Virus record (IMG/VR): IMGVR_UViG_3300037310_000190
Coordinates: 1 to 36,474 of that record
DNA length: 36,474 nt
Source of the DNA: a virus
Strand: one strand, 5' to 3'
The notes under the pieces were generated by a model, which searched no databases, was not told the origin of the DNA, and worked only from the letters and a program-made list of their open reading frames with translations. The position numbers and the translations under genes were made by a program. This document shows, piece after piece, positions 7,161 through 14,076 of this stretch (positions are counted from its first letter, which is position 1; each line of letters begins with the position of its first letter).

Positions 7161-7615
7161 GTGTATATGTAAGATGGTTAATTCGAAAAGATCTGCCCAA
7201 TGTGATGGAGATCGAGAACGAGAGCTTTCGGTCACCGCTAGATCGAGAGGACCTTATGCAAGTACTGAAAGGCCGAACGGTGATTGGTATGGTTGCGGCG
7301 GATGAGGAAGAAAACGTCGTTGGATTTATGATCTATGAGCTGAGAACGAGGGGAATATATCTCATAGATGTTGCCGTAGCTAAGGCACATCGACGGCGCG
7401 GCGTGGGTAGAGCGATGATGGACAAGCTCATTGCAAAACTTGACGCGCGAAGGCCGAGACTTTGCGTATCCGTTGACGAATACAGTCTGGATGCGCAGTT
7501 GTTTTTCCGGTCGATGGGCTTTCGGTTTAAGAAAATTTTGCATGGATTTTATGGTGAGTCTGATGCGTATTTGATGGAGGTGGACAGTGAGCGACAGGCG
7601 AATCAAGCTGTTTGA
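7157..7615 (+). CDS. GNAT family N-acetyltransferase (RimI-like), copy 1.
   Basis: Acetyl-CoA motif IDVAVAKAHRRRGVGRAMM. ATGA overlap with the helicase stop. It shares the AQLFFRSMGF motif with the second GNAT at 28861. Confidence 0.85.
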   Translation: MSVYVRWLIRKDLPNVMEIENESFRSPLDREDLMQVLKGRTVIGMVAADEEENVVGFMIYELRTRGIYLIDVAVAKAHRRRGVGRAMMDKLIAKLDARRPRLCVSVDEYSLDAQLFFRSMGFRFKKILHGFYGESDAYLMEVDSERQANQAV

Positions 7616-8042
7616 AACGAGGTTTCGCGCAATGAGTATTCGCGCTGTGTTTAACTGTCGCACGGGCCTAGCTCCTCTGTTTCAGCGACTAGTCAGGCTA
7701 AGCGAGTCGGACGACGAGGGAATCTGTACGTGTTTCACCTGCGGATATCGGAATAATTATGGCGTATTCCACGGCGGGCATTACGTCCCAAGAACCAATC
7801 TTGCCACGATTTTGATGCGAGAAAATTGCCACGCGCAATGTGTACGATGCAATCACTTTCTCGCCGGGAATCTGGGTGCGTATCGAACAGAAATGATCAA
7901 GGCGTATGGCTGGGATCGCGTGAACGAGATCGAGAATCTGCGCCTTCCGCCTAATCACGTGTGGGATTTGCACGAGTTGGCCGCCACCAAGGTCAGGCTT
8001 CTTGAAGATATTAAGATCCAGGAAAAACGGCTAGGGATATGA
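7587..8042 (+). CDS. ninG: NinG/Rap-like recombination protein.
   Basis: CFTCG...GGHYVPR...ENCHAQCVRCNHFLAGNLGAYRTEMIKAYGWDRVNEIE aligns with lambda NinG CISCG...AGHYRT...[37 protein letters not shown]. The start is uncertain (GTG 7587 or ATG 7632). Confidence 0.85.
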   Translation: MSDRRIKLFETRFRAMSIRAVFNCRTGLAPLFQRLVRLSESDDEGICTCFTCGYRNNYGVFHGGHYVPRTNLATILMRENCHAQCVRCNHFLAGNLGAYRTEMIKAYGWDRVNEIENLRLPPNHVWDLHELAATKVRLLEDIKIQEKRLGI

Positions 8043-8066
8043 ATTAGAACACAAAGGGGAGGTCTG

Positions 8067-8249
8067 ATGATTGCTGAATTACCGCTGGTGCTGGAAATTA
8101 TTCGATCGTGTCCGGATGCGGAGATGGACGCATTAGGGAAGCGAATTGCAAGATCGATCGCGCGCGACAAGTGGGATGAGGAATCAATCAATCGTGCGAG
8201 GATAGCGTGGAAGCTGAGACGGGAGAGGTCGAATGACTCGCAAACGTGA
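8067..8249 (+). CDS. Hypothetical small protein (60 aa).
   Basis: GGGGAGG RBS upstream of the ATG. It lies in the early operon. Confidence 0.6.
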   Translation: MIAELPLVLEIIRSCPDAEMDALGKRIARSIARDKWDEESINRARIAWKLRRERSNDSQT

Positions 8250-8577
8250 GCTATCCTTACTGCTGGCAGGCGCGCTACTAGTGAAATCGACGCGCGCTGA
8301 GGTTCTTGCAAAATTGTGCGATGGTCTGGATGATGATCTTGCGCCTATCGTGTCCGCCCTCCGCGCTGGGAGCAGCGAGCCCTATCGAGAATGGCTGAAA
8401 AAGCGTGGCGTACATGTGGGTCAGGATGCGATTTCAGCGATCGCCGAGGCACTTCTTAGCGAGAAGCTCATGGAGAAATTAAACGCACAAATTGGTGAGC
8501 TGAAATTCGCCGGTCTGGTCGAGGACAGGGACACGTTCCGCCAGCGGCTTGAATCGATTTTGGAATCTATAAAATGA
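8233..8577 (+). CDS. Hypothetical protein (114 aa).
   Basis: The ORF overlaps the upstream gene by 17 nt and the product looks helical. No motif recognised. Confidence 0.6.
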   Translation: MTRKRELSLLLAGALLVKSTRAEVLAKLCDGLDDDLAPIVSALRAGSSEPYREWLKKRGVHVGQDAISAIAEALLSEKLMEKLNAQIGELKFAGLVEDRDTFRQRLESILESIK

Positions 8578-8586
8578 CAATTCGTC

Positions 8587-8616
8587 TTGATTACGCCATG
8601 GTATTGACGATATAAT
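8587..8616 (+). promoter_or_regulatory. Putative sigma70-type promoter giving a leaderless mRNA for the 8623 gene.
   Basis: TTGATT (8587-8592), an 18-nt spacer, then TATAAT (8611-8616). The ATG at 8623 lies only 6 nt after the -10 box and has no SD. Confidence 0.5.
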
Positions 8617-8622
8617 GGCAAC

Positions 8623-8841
8623 ATGAAAAACGTCTCTACATCGTTCGTAGCTGAGTATTTCCACGTCTCGCGCAGAACGATTGCGCGCGCGGCAAAGCGC
8701 GCCAAACTGGAAAGAATGGTAGGAAAATCCTTGGTTTTCCTATGGCCTCAGGATCGTGAGGCGTTGAGCAAATTCGTGATCGGTCGCGTGGGTAACCCTA
8801 ACTTTGGAGCGAAGAAGACACAGCACATCAACAGTCACTAG
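8623..8841 (+). CDS. Small HTH DNA-binding protein (72 aa), possible regulator.
   Basis: FVAEYFHVSRRTIARAAKRAKL is a typical HTH segment. It is the last plus-strand gene before the convergent intergenic region. Confidence 0.65.
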   Translation: MKNVSTSFVAEYFHVSRRTIARAAKRAKLERMVGKSLVFLWPQDREALSKFVIGRVGNPNFGAKKTQHINSH

Positions 8842-9113
8842 ACGCATAGCGTCACGACGAAAGGTTACACGATTCCATTCGAATCGTTGCAACGGTTGCA
8901 GTACCTACACCTTGAGCGGGGACAAAGCTGCAACGCCAAATCTGACAGCCAGCGGGAAAGCCGTACGCCAGCGGATCGATCGTAGATCCGAGAAATGTCA
9001 GTGCCGAGGAGCGATTCGATTCGCGATGCAGGGCTTTGTACTGCGGTGGGGGTGGGGGGGGCTGCGCGCAGACGTTCACGATTCCCTGATGCGGTGACGA
9101 TTTGGTTAGCTAG

Positions 9114-9842
9114 TCACGAGTCCCTTTTAGTTGCTTGTATTATCTCTTGGTACGTGCTGACGAAAGAGGATGTCAAATCGTTGATGTCCGCAGCCTCAAA
9201 CCCCTTGGCCTTTTCTTCAATCAGTTGCTCAAATACATTCTTGTAAATTAGATAGACTGCTGCTTGGAAATTACTGTTTTCCAAGAGTAGCGAAAGTGGC
9301 AATATCATATTTTTCTTCGCGTGTTCTTCGCGTTGATCTTCTGGCAGTGAAGCCGTCAGTCGAGACATGTCGCGAGCGTTCAGGAATGACACGACGATAG
9401 TAGTGCATTGTGAAAACGCTTGGTCAGTCGATGTGTCGATCCAAACAGTCATCTTGTTTAGCTCAGGGTTTAGCCAAAACAATGTTCCATCGATTCTCTG
9501 AACACGGCAATGAAGTGTGATGCCACGTTCCTCTGGCTTGAGCAATGTCTCTATGATAGCGCTAATCGCAGCTGCGCCAGCCTGTTTGGTAATCTCTTCG
9601 TCGCCGGTCAGTGAGTTCCAACACTCATCGGAGTTGCGCCAAATGTGCGATTGACTACCAATGGGATGATAGCCCGCGATGAAAACGACCTCTGCCTCAA
9701 TGTGTGGTTCTTTGTGCACGATTACAGGTACGTTCACATAGCGATTATTGGAGTCGAGAAATGGTCGCGATCCTTGCTCGGTATACTTTTCAAGTGCAAT
9801 GTTGATATGAGCCAATACGGCCTTTGCGGTAATTGTGTTCAT
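9114..9842 (-). CDS. Hypothetical protein (242 aa), second gene of the minus-strand cassette.
   Basis: Long ORF in a lower-GC island. ATGA start/stop overlap with the upstream minus-strand gene. No motif recognised. Confidence 0.8.
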   Translation of the reverse strand: MNTITAKAVLAHINIALEKYTEQGSRPFLDSNNRYVNVPVIVHKEPHIEAEVVFIAGYHPIGSQSHIWRNSDECWNSLTGDEEITKQAGAAAISAIIETLLKPEERGITLHCRVQRIDGTLFWLNPELNKMTVWIDTSTDQAFSQCTTIVVSFLNARDMSRLTASLPEDQREEHAKKNMILPLSLLLENSNFQAAVYLIYKNVFEQLIEEKAKGFEAADINDLTSSFVSTYQEIIQATKRDS

Positions 9843-10612
9843 GTGAGGAATCCAAATGTTCGAAGGGTGTCGTAGGCTTTTTGTATCATGTTTTGCTCGG
9901 TAGTAGTATATGTTGCTCCAGCCGTTGCAGCACCGCCAAGTTGCCTGAGCGCGGGTGCCGCGCCAAGGACGCTAAACTTGCCACCATCCGTTGACGTTTC
10001 TGATCGTGTGATTTCTTGCCATAGGCTGAGACCAGAATTGTACACTTCCTCAACAATCGTACCGGCAGCGATGTTCCGATAGCGTACATTGTTTTCAATC
10101 TCAATATCGTTAAACGCTGTTAGCTTTCTTGTGGATTGATGAATTTTCAACAGTGCCTGACCGGAATTGACGTTGCCGATCGCAAACGTATCTCCGTTTG
10201 CATCTCCTAGTCCAAACCAGCTCATTCCTGGGCGACGAATTTGAAACGCGTAAAAGCTTGTCCCGGTAACCTGGGTGTGACCGGAATCGGGCTCTATGTT
10301 GTATCGTCCATAGATGTCAGTGTAGGCGCATGTCTTCAGGCCATTGGCGTTGTACACGTTGAGATAACCAGCGTCGTTTATTTCTACCAGGCTCGAAGCG
10401 ATAAGCTTGCCTGTAGAATCTGAAAATCGAGCGATACGATTGATAATCGATTCGTTTGGTCCACGGACGTATGGCGAAAGATCCGGGCTAGATGCTGTGG
10501 CCGTGGAAAGTTGTCCCGTCTCGTCTACAGTCAGAAACTCTTCTGACGGTGGATAGGTTGCCAGGCCACGAAGTTTTCGTCCGCCGATGATTTTGGATGC
10601 ATTGCTTATCAT
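9839..10612 (-). CDS. Hypothetical protein (257 aa), G/N/T/S-rich and beta-type, first gene of the minus-strand cassette.
   Basis: Long ORF. TATAAT on the minus strand lies 6 nt upstream of its ATG. No catalytic motif recognised. Confidence 0.8.
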   Translation of the reverse strand: MISNASKIIGGRKLRGLATYPPSEEFLTVDETGQLSTATASSPDLSPYVRGPNESIINRIARFSDSTGKLIASSLVEINDAGYLNVYNANGLKTCAYTDIYGRYNIEPDSGHTQVTGTSFYAFQIRRPGMSWFGLGDANGDTFAIGNVNSGQALLKIHQSTRKLTAFNDIEIENNVRYRNIAAGTIVEEVYNSGLSLWQEITRSETSTDGGKFSVLGAAPALRQLGGAATAGATYTTTEQNMIQKAYDTLRTFGFLT

Positions 10613-10618
10613 GTGAGT

Positions 10619-10624
10619 ATTATA
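10619..10624 (-). promoter_or_regulatory. Putative -10 box (TATAAT on the minus strand) for a leaderless minus-strand cassette.
   Basis: The plus-strand ATTATA at 10619-10624 reads TATAAT on the minus strand, 6 nt from the ATG at 10612-10610. There is no clear -35. Confidence 0.4.
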
Positions 10625-10630
10625 GCGTTC

Positions 10631-10651
10631 GAGAATAAAATCGTGTATAAT
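10631..10651 (+). promoter_or_regulatory. Extended -10 promoter element, copy 1 (GAGAATAAAATCGTGTATAAT), upstream of dam.
   Basis: It contains TGnTATAAT (10644-10651). 19/21 positions are identical to 11494-11514. Confidence 0.55.
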
Positions 10652-10678
10652 TGCCTTGTCAATAAAGGAAGCTTATGC

Positions 10679-11473
10679 ATGGCATATAATTGCATCGTTC
10701 GCTGGTTTGGCGGCAAGGCGCGTTTGGCCAAGAAAATCATCCCGATAATCCCTGTATCTCGTTGTTACGTTGAGCCGTTTGGTGGCGCGGCGTCGATACT
10801 GTGCAGCATGGAGCGCCGCGAAGTTGAGGTCTACAACGATTTGGATGACCGCTTGGTGAATTTGTTCCGCGTGCTCCAGGTACCACGGCAGGCTGCGGCG
10901 CTAAAGCGTCGATTGCAAGCTACGCCTTACGCTCGCAGTGAGTTTGCGCGAGCGCTGCAAGAGATTAAGTCGAGTAGCCCTGTTGGAAAAGCGTGGGCCA
11001 TGTTTGTTCTCTACAATTTGGGCTTCAGCGGTAAGGCCGACACCATGGGAGATTGGAGAATTGCAAAGTCAAACAACGTAGCTCGAACATTTGCCAATCG
11101 AGTTGATCGGCTGGATTGGTATGTCGAGCGATTTCGCCATGTGACCATAGACAATCGACCCGCGCTAAAGGTGCTGGATGTATATGACAGTCAAGACACG
11201 GTTTTTTACTGCGATCCTCCGTACATTCCCGAAACACGAAAGAGCGGTGGGTATCGATGCGAGATGGATACAGCGGACCACGAAGATCTAATCAAGAAGC
11301 TGCTAACGGTAAAAGGGCGCGTCGTCCTTTCTGGATATGATAGTCCTCGTTATAGACCACTGGTCAACGCTGGCTGGAAAACTCGTAGATTCGCGACTAG
11401 ATGTATTGCGATGAACAATAAAGTTACTGCGGACAGAAATCGGAAGGAATGCCTGTGGATCTCTCCAGATTGA
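10679..11473 (+). CDS. dam: Dam-family (D12 class) N6-adenine DNA methyltransferase.
   Basis: RWFGGKARL (the KWAGGK-type N-terminal motif), EPFGGAAS (FxGxG) and FYCDPPY (DPPY) are present. AAGGAAG RBS lies before the ATG at 10679. The ORF track starts the frame too early, at 10613. Confidence 0.9.
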   Translation: MAYNCIVRWFGGKARLAKKIIPIIPVSRCYVEPFGGAASILCSMERREVEVYNDLDDRLVNLFRVLQVPRQAAALKRRLQATPYARSEFARALQEIKSSSPVGKAWAMFVLYNLGFSGKADTMGDWRIAKSNNVARTFANRVDRLDWYVERFRHVTIDNRPALKVLDVYDSQDTVFYCDPPYIPETRKSGGYRCEMDTADHEDLIKKLLTVKGRVVLSGYDSPRYRPLVNAGWKTRRFATRCIAMNNKVTADRNRKECLWISPD

Positions 11474-11493
11474 AATCCACAGAATTTGTGTGC

Positions 11494-11514
11494 GAGAAAT
11501 AAATCGTGTATAAT
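11494..11514 (+). promoter_or_regulatory. Extended -10 promoter element, copy 2 (GAGAAATAAATCGTGTATAAT), at the head of the late operon.
   Basis: TGTATAAT at 11507-11514. The ATG at 11523 follows 8 nt later with no SD. This element duplicates 10631-10651. Confidence 0.55.
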
Positions 11515-11522
11515 CTCATCGT

Positions 11523-12374
11523 ATGATACTTGTTTTACATCGTCCCGATCTGTCTGGAGAAGCGTTATCGCTCAAGGTCTGGACACTGAGCGGAAGTCTT
11601 GTCAATGCGAGCGGCGATGCGTTTACTGAAACTCCGGCAAACAGCGGACGATTTGAAGCCAACGTCGCGGAGCCGCTACTTGATATGGAATACCGATGCG
11701 ACATAGAGATAGATAGCGAAGTCGAGGTGTTCGGGCCATTGTTCCCTATGGTCAGCAATGTGATAGGGTACTCGCCGCTTCCGCCTGCCGCGCTAGCTGG
11801 TCCGTACGTCCTCACAATCGCTGTGACAGATATGTCGAATCAAGCGATTGAAGGCGCGTTTGTGCGCGTGTATAGAGCTGGCGAAACGGAAACGAAGACA
11901 ACCAATAGCGGCGGGATCGTGTCGTACACTGTAGTTCCGGCGACGTGGGGTGTAAGTGTCAAGGCGAATGGATATGCGGGAAAAACGGTGATCGTGGCGG
12001 TCTCTGGGGATATGTCAACCACGATCGAGCTAGAGCCTCTGCCTGTCACTCCACCTCCTAGCGCAGATGCAACTGTCGTCACAGTCCAGTTGGTCAGTGG
12101 ATCGCTCGAGTCTGTTGCTGGCGCGAAAGTGCGAGTGCGACCAAAGCGCATAGCCGTCGTTGGTGAAGCCATATCCCTGTCTACGGTGCCAGGCGAAGGA
12201 GTGACAGACGCAAGCGGTCGATGTGACGTGATTGTTCCGAGGCTATCCTCGATTGATAACACGTCTACAATTTGGATAGTAGATGCGCAACTAGGCGGGA
12301 GATTTATTCTTGATCCCACAGAGTTTGAGCTAACTAATGACGCTACTACATACCTTGCGATATTGTTGACATGA
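11523..12374 (+). CDS. Structural-type protein with a carboxypeptidase-regulatory-like beta-sandwich domain.
   Basis: LTIAVTDMSNQAIEGAFVRVYRAGETETKTTNSGGIVSYTVVPATWGVSVKANGYAGKTV fits the CarboxypepD_reg-like pattern. It is the first gene of the late operon. Confidence 0.65.
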   Translation: MILVLHRPDLSGEALSLKVWTLSGSLVNASGDAFTETPANSGRFEANVAEPLLDMEYRCDIEIDSEVEVFGPLFPMVSNVIGYSPLPPAALAGPYVLTIAVTDMSNQAIEGAFVRVYRAGETETKTTNSGGIVSYTVVPATWGVSVKANGYAGKTVIVAVSGDMSTTIELEPLPVTPPPSADATVVTVQLVSGSLESVAGAKVRVRPKRIAVVGEAISLSTVPGEGVTDASGRCDVIVPRLSSIDNTSTIWIVDAQLGGRFILDPTEFELTNDATTYLAILLT

Positions 12375-12646
12375 TTTCACAAATCAATGACATGCGCGAA
12401 ATGGCTCTACAAGCGATGGCGTCAGGCGACTATGTCCGTGCGCTGGACTACGCCGAACGTGCGCAATTTCTCATTGCTACGATGCCGTCAAGAAGCAGTT
12501 TAGATGATGAGGAAATAGAATGGAATGCCGAAGCGGTGGATAAAGTTGTGGTCATGCTAAAGAAAAAAGTAGCAGAGTTGCGCGCGGACTCGGCGGAAAG
12601 TGCGGACGGTATACTATTCTCCTTGCCTGGACGGTTTGTCAGATGA
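12371..12646 (+). CDS. gpW-like head-tail joining protein.
   Basis: It lies immediately upstream of the portal gene. The C-terminus KKKVAELRAD...GILFSLPGRFV resembles lambda gpW LKKYIAELEVQ...GPAGFYV. ATGA overlaps occur at both ends. Confidence 0.5.
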   Translation: MISQINDMREMALQAMASGDYVRALDYAERAQFLIATMPSRSSLDDEEIEWNAEAVDKVVVMLKKKVAELRADSAESADGILFSLPGRFVR

Positions 12647-14076
12647 GCGAGTTGTGCTTTTCTCAAATGATAGGCGTTGATGATATCGTCGAGCGAGCTT
12701 GGGACGATCGCTCGCGATGGCACGTCCGCGCGTTTGAGAGCGCCGAGTACGATCCTCTCACCGCGAGCCGCTGGTCGCGCGTCGTTGGTGAGACCACGAT
12801 CAACGAAGAAATCGAGGCAAGCCAAAGTATTTCCAGGGCCAAAGCTGTTTATGAAGGAAGAAATTCTTCTCTAGTGCGCGGGGTTATTCACTCGCATTCT
12901 ATCGCGGTCGTTGGTGCCGAGGGTCCGACGTTAGATTTGCAGTGTACGATTGATTCGGACGATCATGAGGAATGGTGTATAGCTGCGGAAAAAGTGTGGA
13001 ATGATTTTAGCGGATGCGGGTCAGATATTTATGGAATTTCGAGATGCGAAGCATCAGGTAAATTGCATTTTGCCGATCTGCTCCAGCAATGGATAGGGTT
13101 GCTGTGGACGTGTGGCGAAGCACTAGGGGTAAAGGTCGAGGATCCTGACCGCCCTGCGGATGACCCGATCGGATGGCGGATAATGAATATCAATCCGTCT
13201 CGTTTGTACAGCCCGCCGAATTGGTCGAGAGTAGGAAGACTTGGCGTGCGCACAAATGTGATCGGTCGTCCTACGGGCTATTGGATTGGCGATGGTAATA
13301 GTGGCGGGCGCGAGATTTCGTCCGATAGAATTTATCATTTATTTCTGGAGACGGAGCCCGAGCAGCTGAGGGGAGTGCCGCTTATCAACACGTGTCTGAA
13401 CACGGCGGCGGACATCAGGGATTACGATGCAGAAGTTCTCGCGGCAGCTAGGGCCGCAGCGGCGCTTAGCATGTTCGCGTATACGACCGATCCCGAAGCC
13501 GAATACAAAGAGCCGCCAAAAGACGATCGATCGGTAAGTTATCGACGGGGACAGCTGAACTATCTACGCCCGAAGTGGCAATTGGCAAGCAATCCAGCTA
13601 CTCAGCCTAGCGCGAGCTATCGAGACCATCGTCATGAGAGGATGCCAGAACTCGGTAGACCGGTGTCAATGCCAGGGCTGATCGTGCGGCAGGACGCCAG
13701 CGGGCACAATTATAGCTCAGCGCGATTTGACTACGCGCAGTATTGCTTGGCCATCGAGGTATTCCAGCGGTGGCTAACGCGGCGATGCGTAGAGCGGCTG
13801 CGAAGGGAAGTGACGGCAACGGCGATTCTGTCGGGTGTATTGCCGCGCCAGCCGCCTGGCGTGATTGCCATTTGGACGTGGCCTCAGCCGCAGCCGATCG
13901 ACGAACTAAAGAACGCTGAGGCGGAAGCGATCCAGTTAGACACGGGGACGATTAGCTTTTCGGAAGCGTGCAAGCGTCGAGGGACGACGGCTGAGCGAGT
14001 GGCGCTACAGCGTCGGCGTGACTCTCGATTGCTGAAAAAACATGGTCTAAGGAGTGTAGAACGTGAAGATGAATAG
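12643..14076 (+). CDS. Portal protein, lambda gpB family.
   Basis: It is 477 aa. The C-terminal segment WTWPQPQPIDELKNAEAEAIQLDTGTISFSEACKRRG parallels lambda gpB WIGSGRMAIDGLKEVQEAVMLIEAGLSTYEKECAKRG. The position between the gpW-like gene and the protease fits. Confidence 0.8.
   Translation: MSELCFSQMIGVDDIVERAWDDRSRWHVRAFESAEYDPLTASRWSRVVGETTINEEIEASQSISRAKAVYEGRNSSLVRGVIHSHSIAVVGAEGPTLDLQCTIDSDDHEEWCIAAEKVWNDFSGCGSDIYGISRCEASGKLHFADLLQQWIGLLWTCGEALGVKVEDPDRPADDPIGWRIMNINPSRLYSPPNWSRVGRLGVRTNVIGRPTGYWIGDGNSGGREISSDRIYHLFLETEPEQLRGVPLINTCLNTAADIRDYDAEVLAAARAAAALSMFAYTTDPEAEYKEPPKDDRSVSYRRGQLNYLRPKWQLASNPATQPSASYRDHRHERMPELGRPVSMPGLIVRQDASGHNYSSARFDYAQYCLAIEVFQRWLTRRCVERLRREVTATAILSGVLPRQPPGVIAIWTWPQPQPIDELKNAEAEAIQLDTGTISFSEACKRRGTTAERVALQRRRDSRLLKKHGLRSVEREDE

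Noticed and set aside
8869-8887. A TTCGAATCG-containing hairpin that might be the T-arm of a tRNA.
   Set aside because: No acceptor stem, D-arm or anticodon arm can be built around it. I found no cloverleaf-compatible sequence anywhere in the window.
8804-9097. 97-aa plus-strand ORF and 75-aa minus-strand ORF (8852-9079) in the convergent spacer.
   Set aside because: There is no RBS, and the composition is odd (a poly-Pro/Gly run arising from the G-tract). The plus-strand ORF overlaps the end of the 8623 gene out of frame. The region is more plausibly non-coding.
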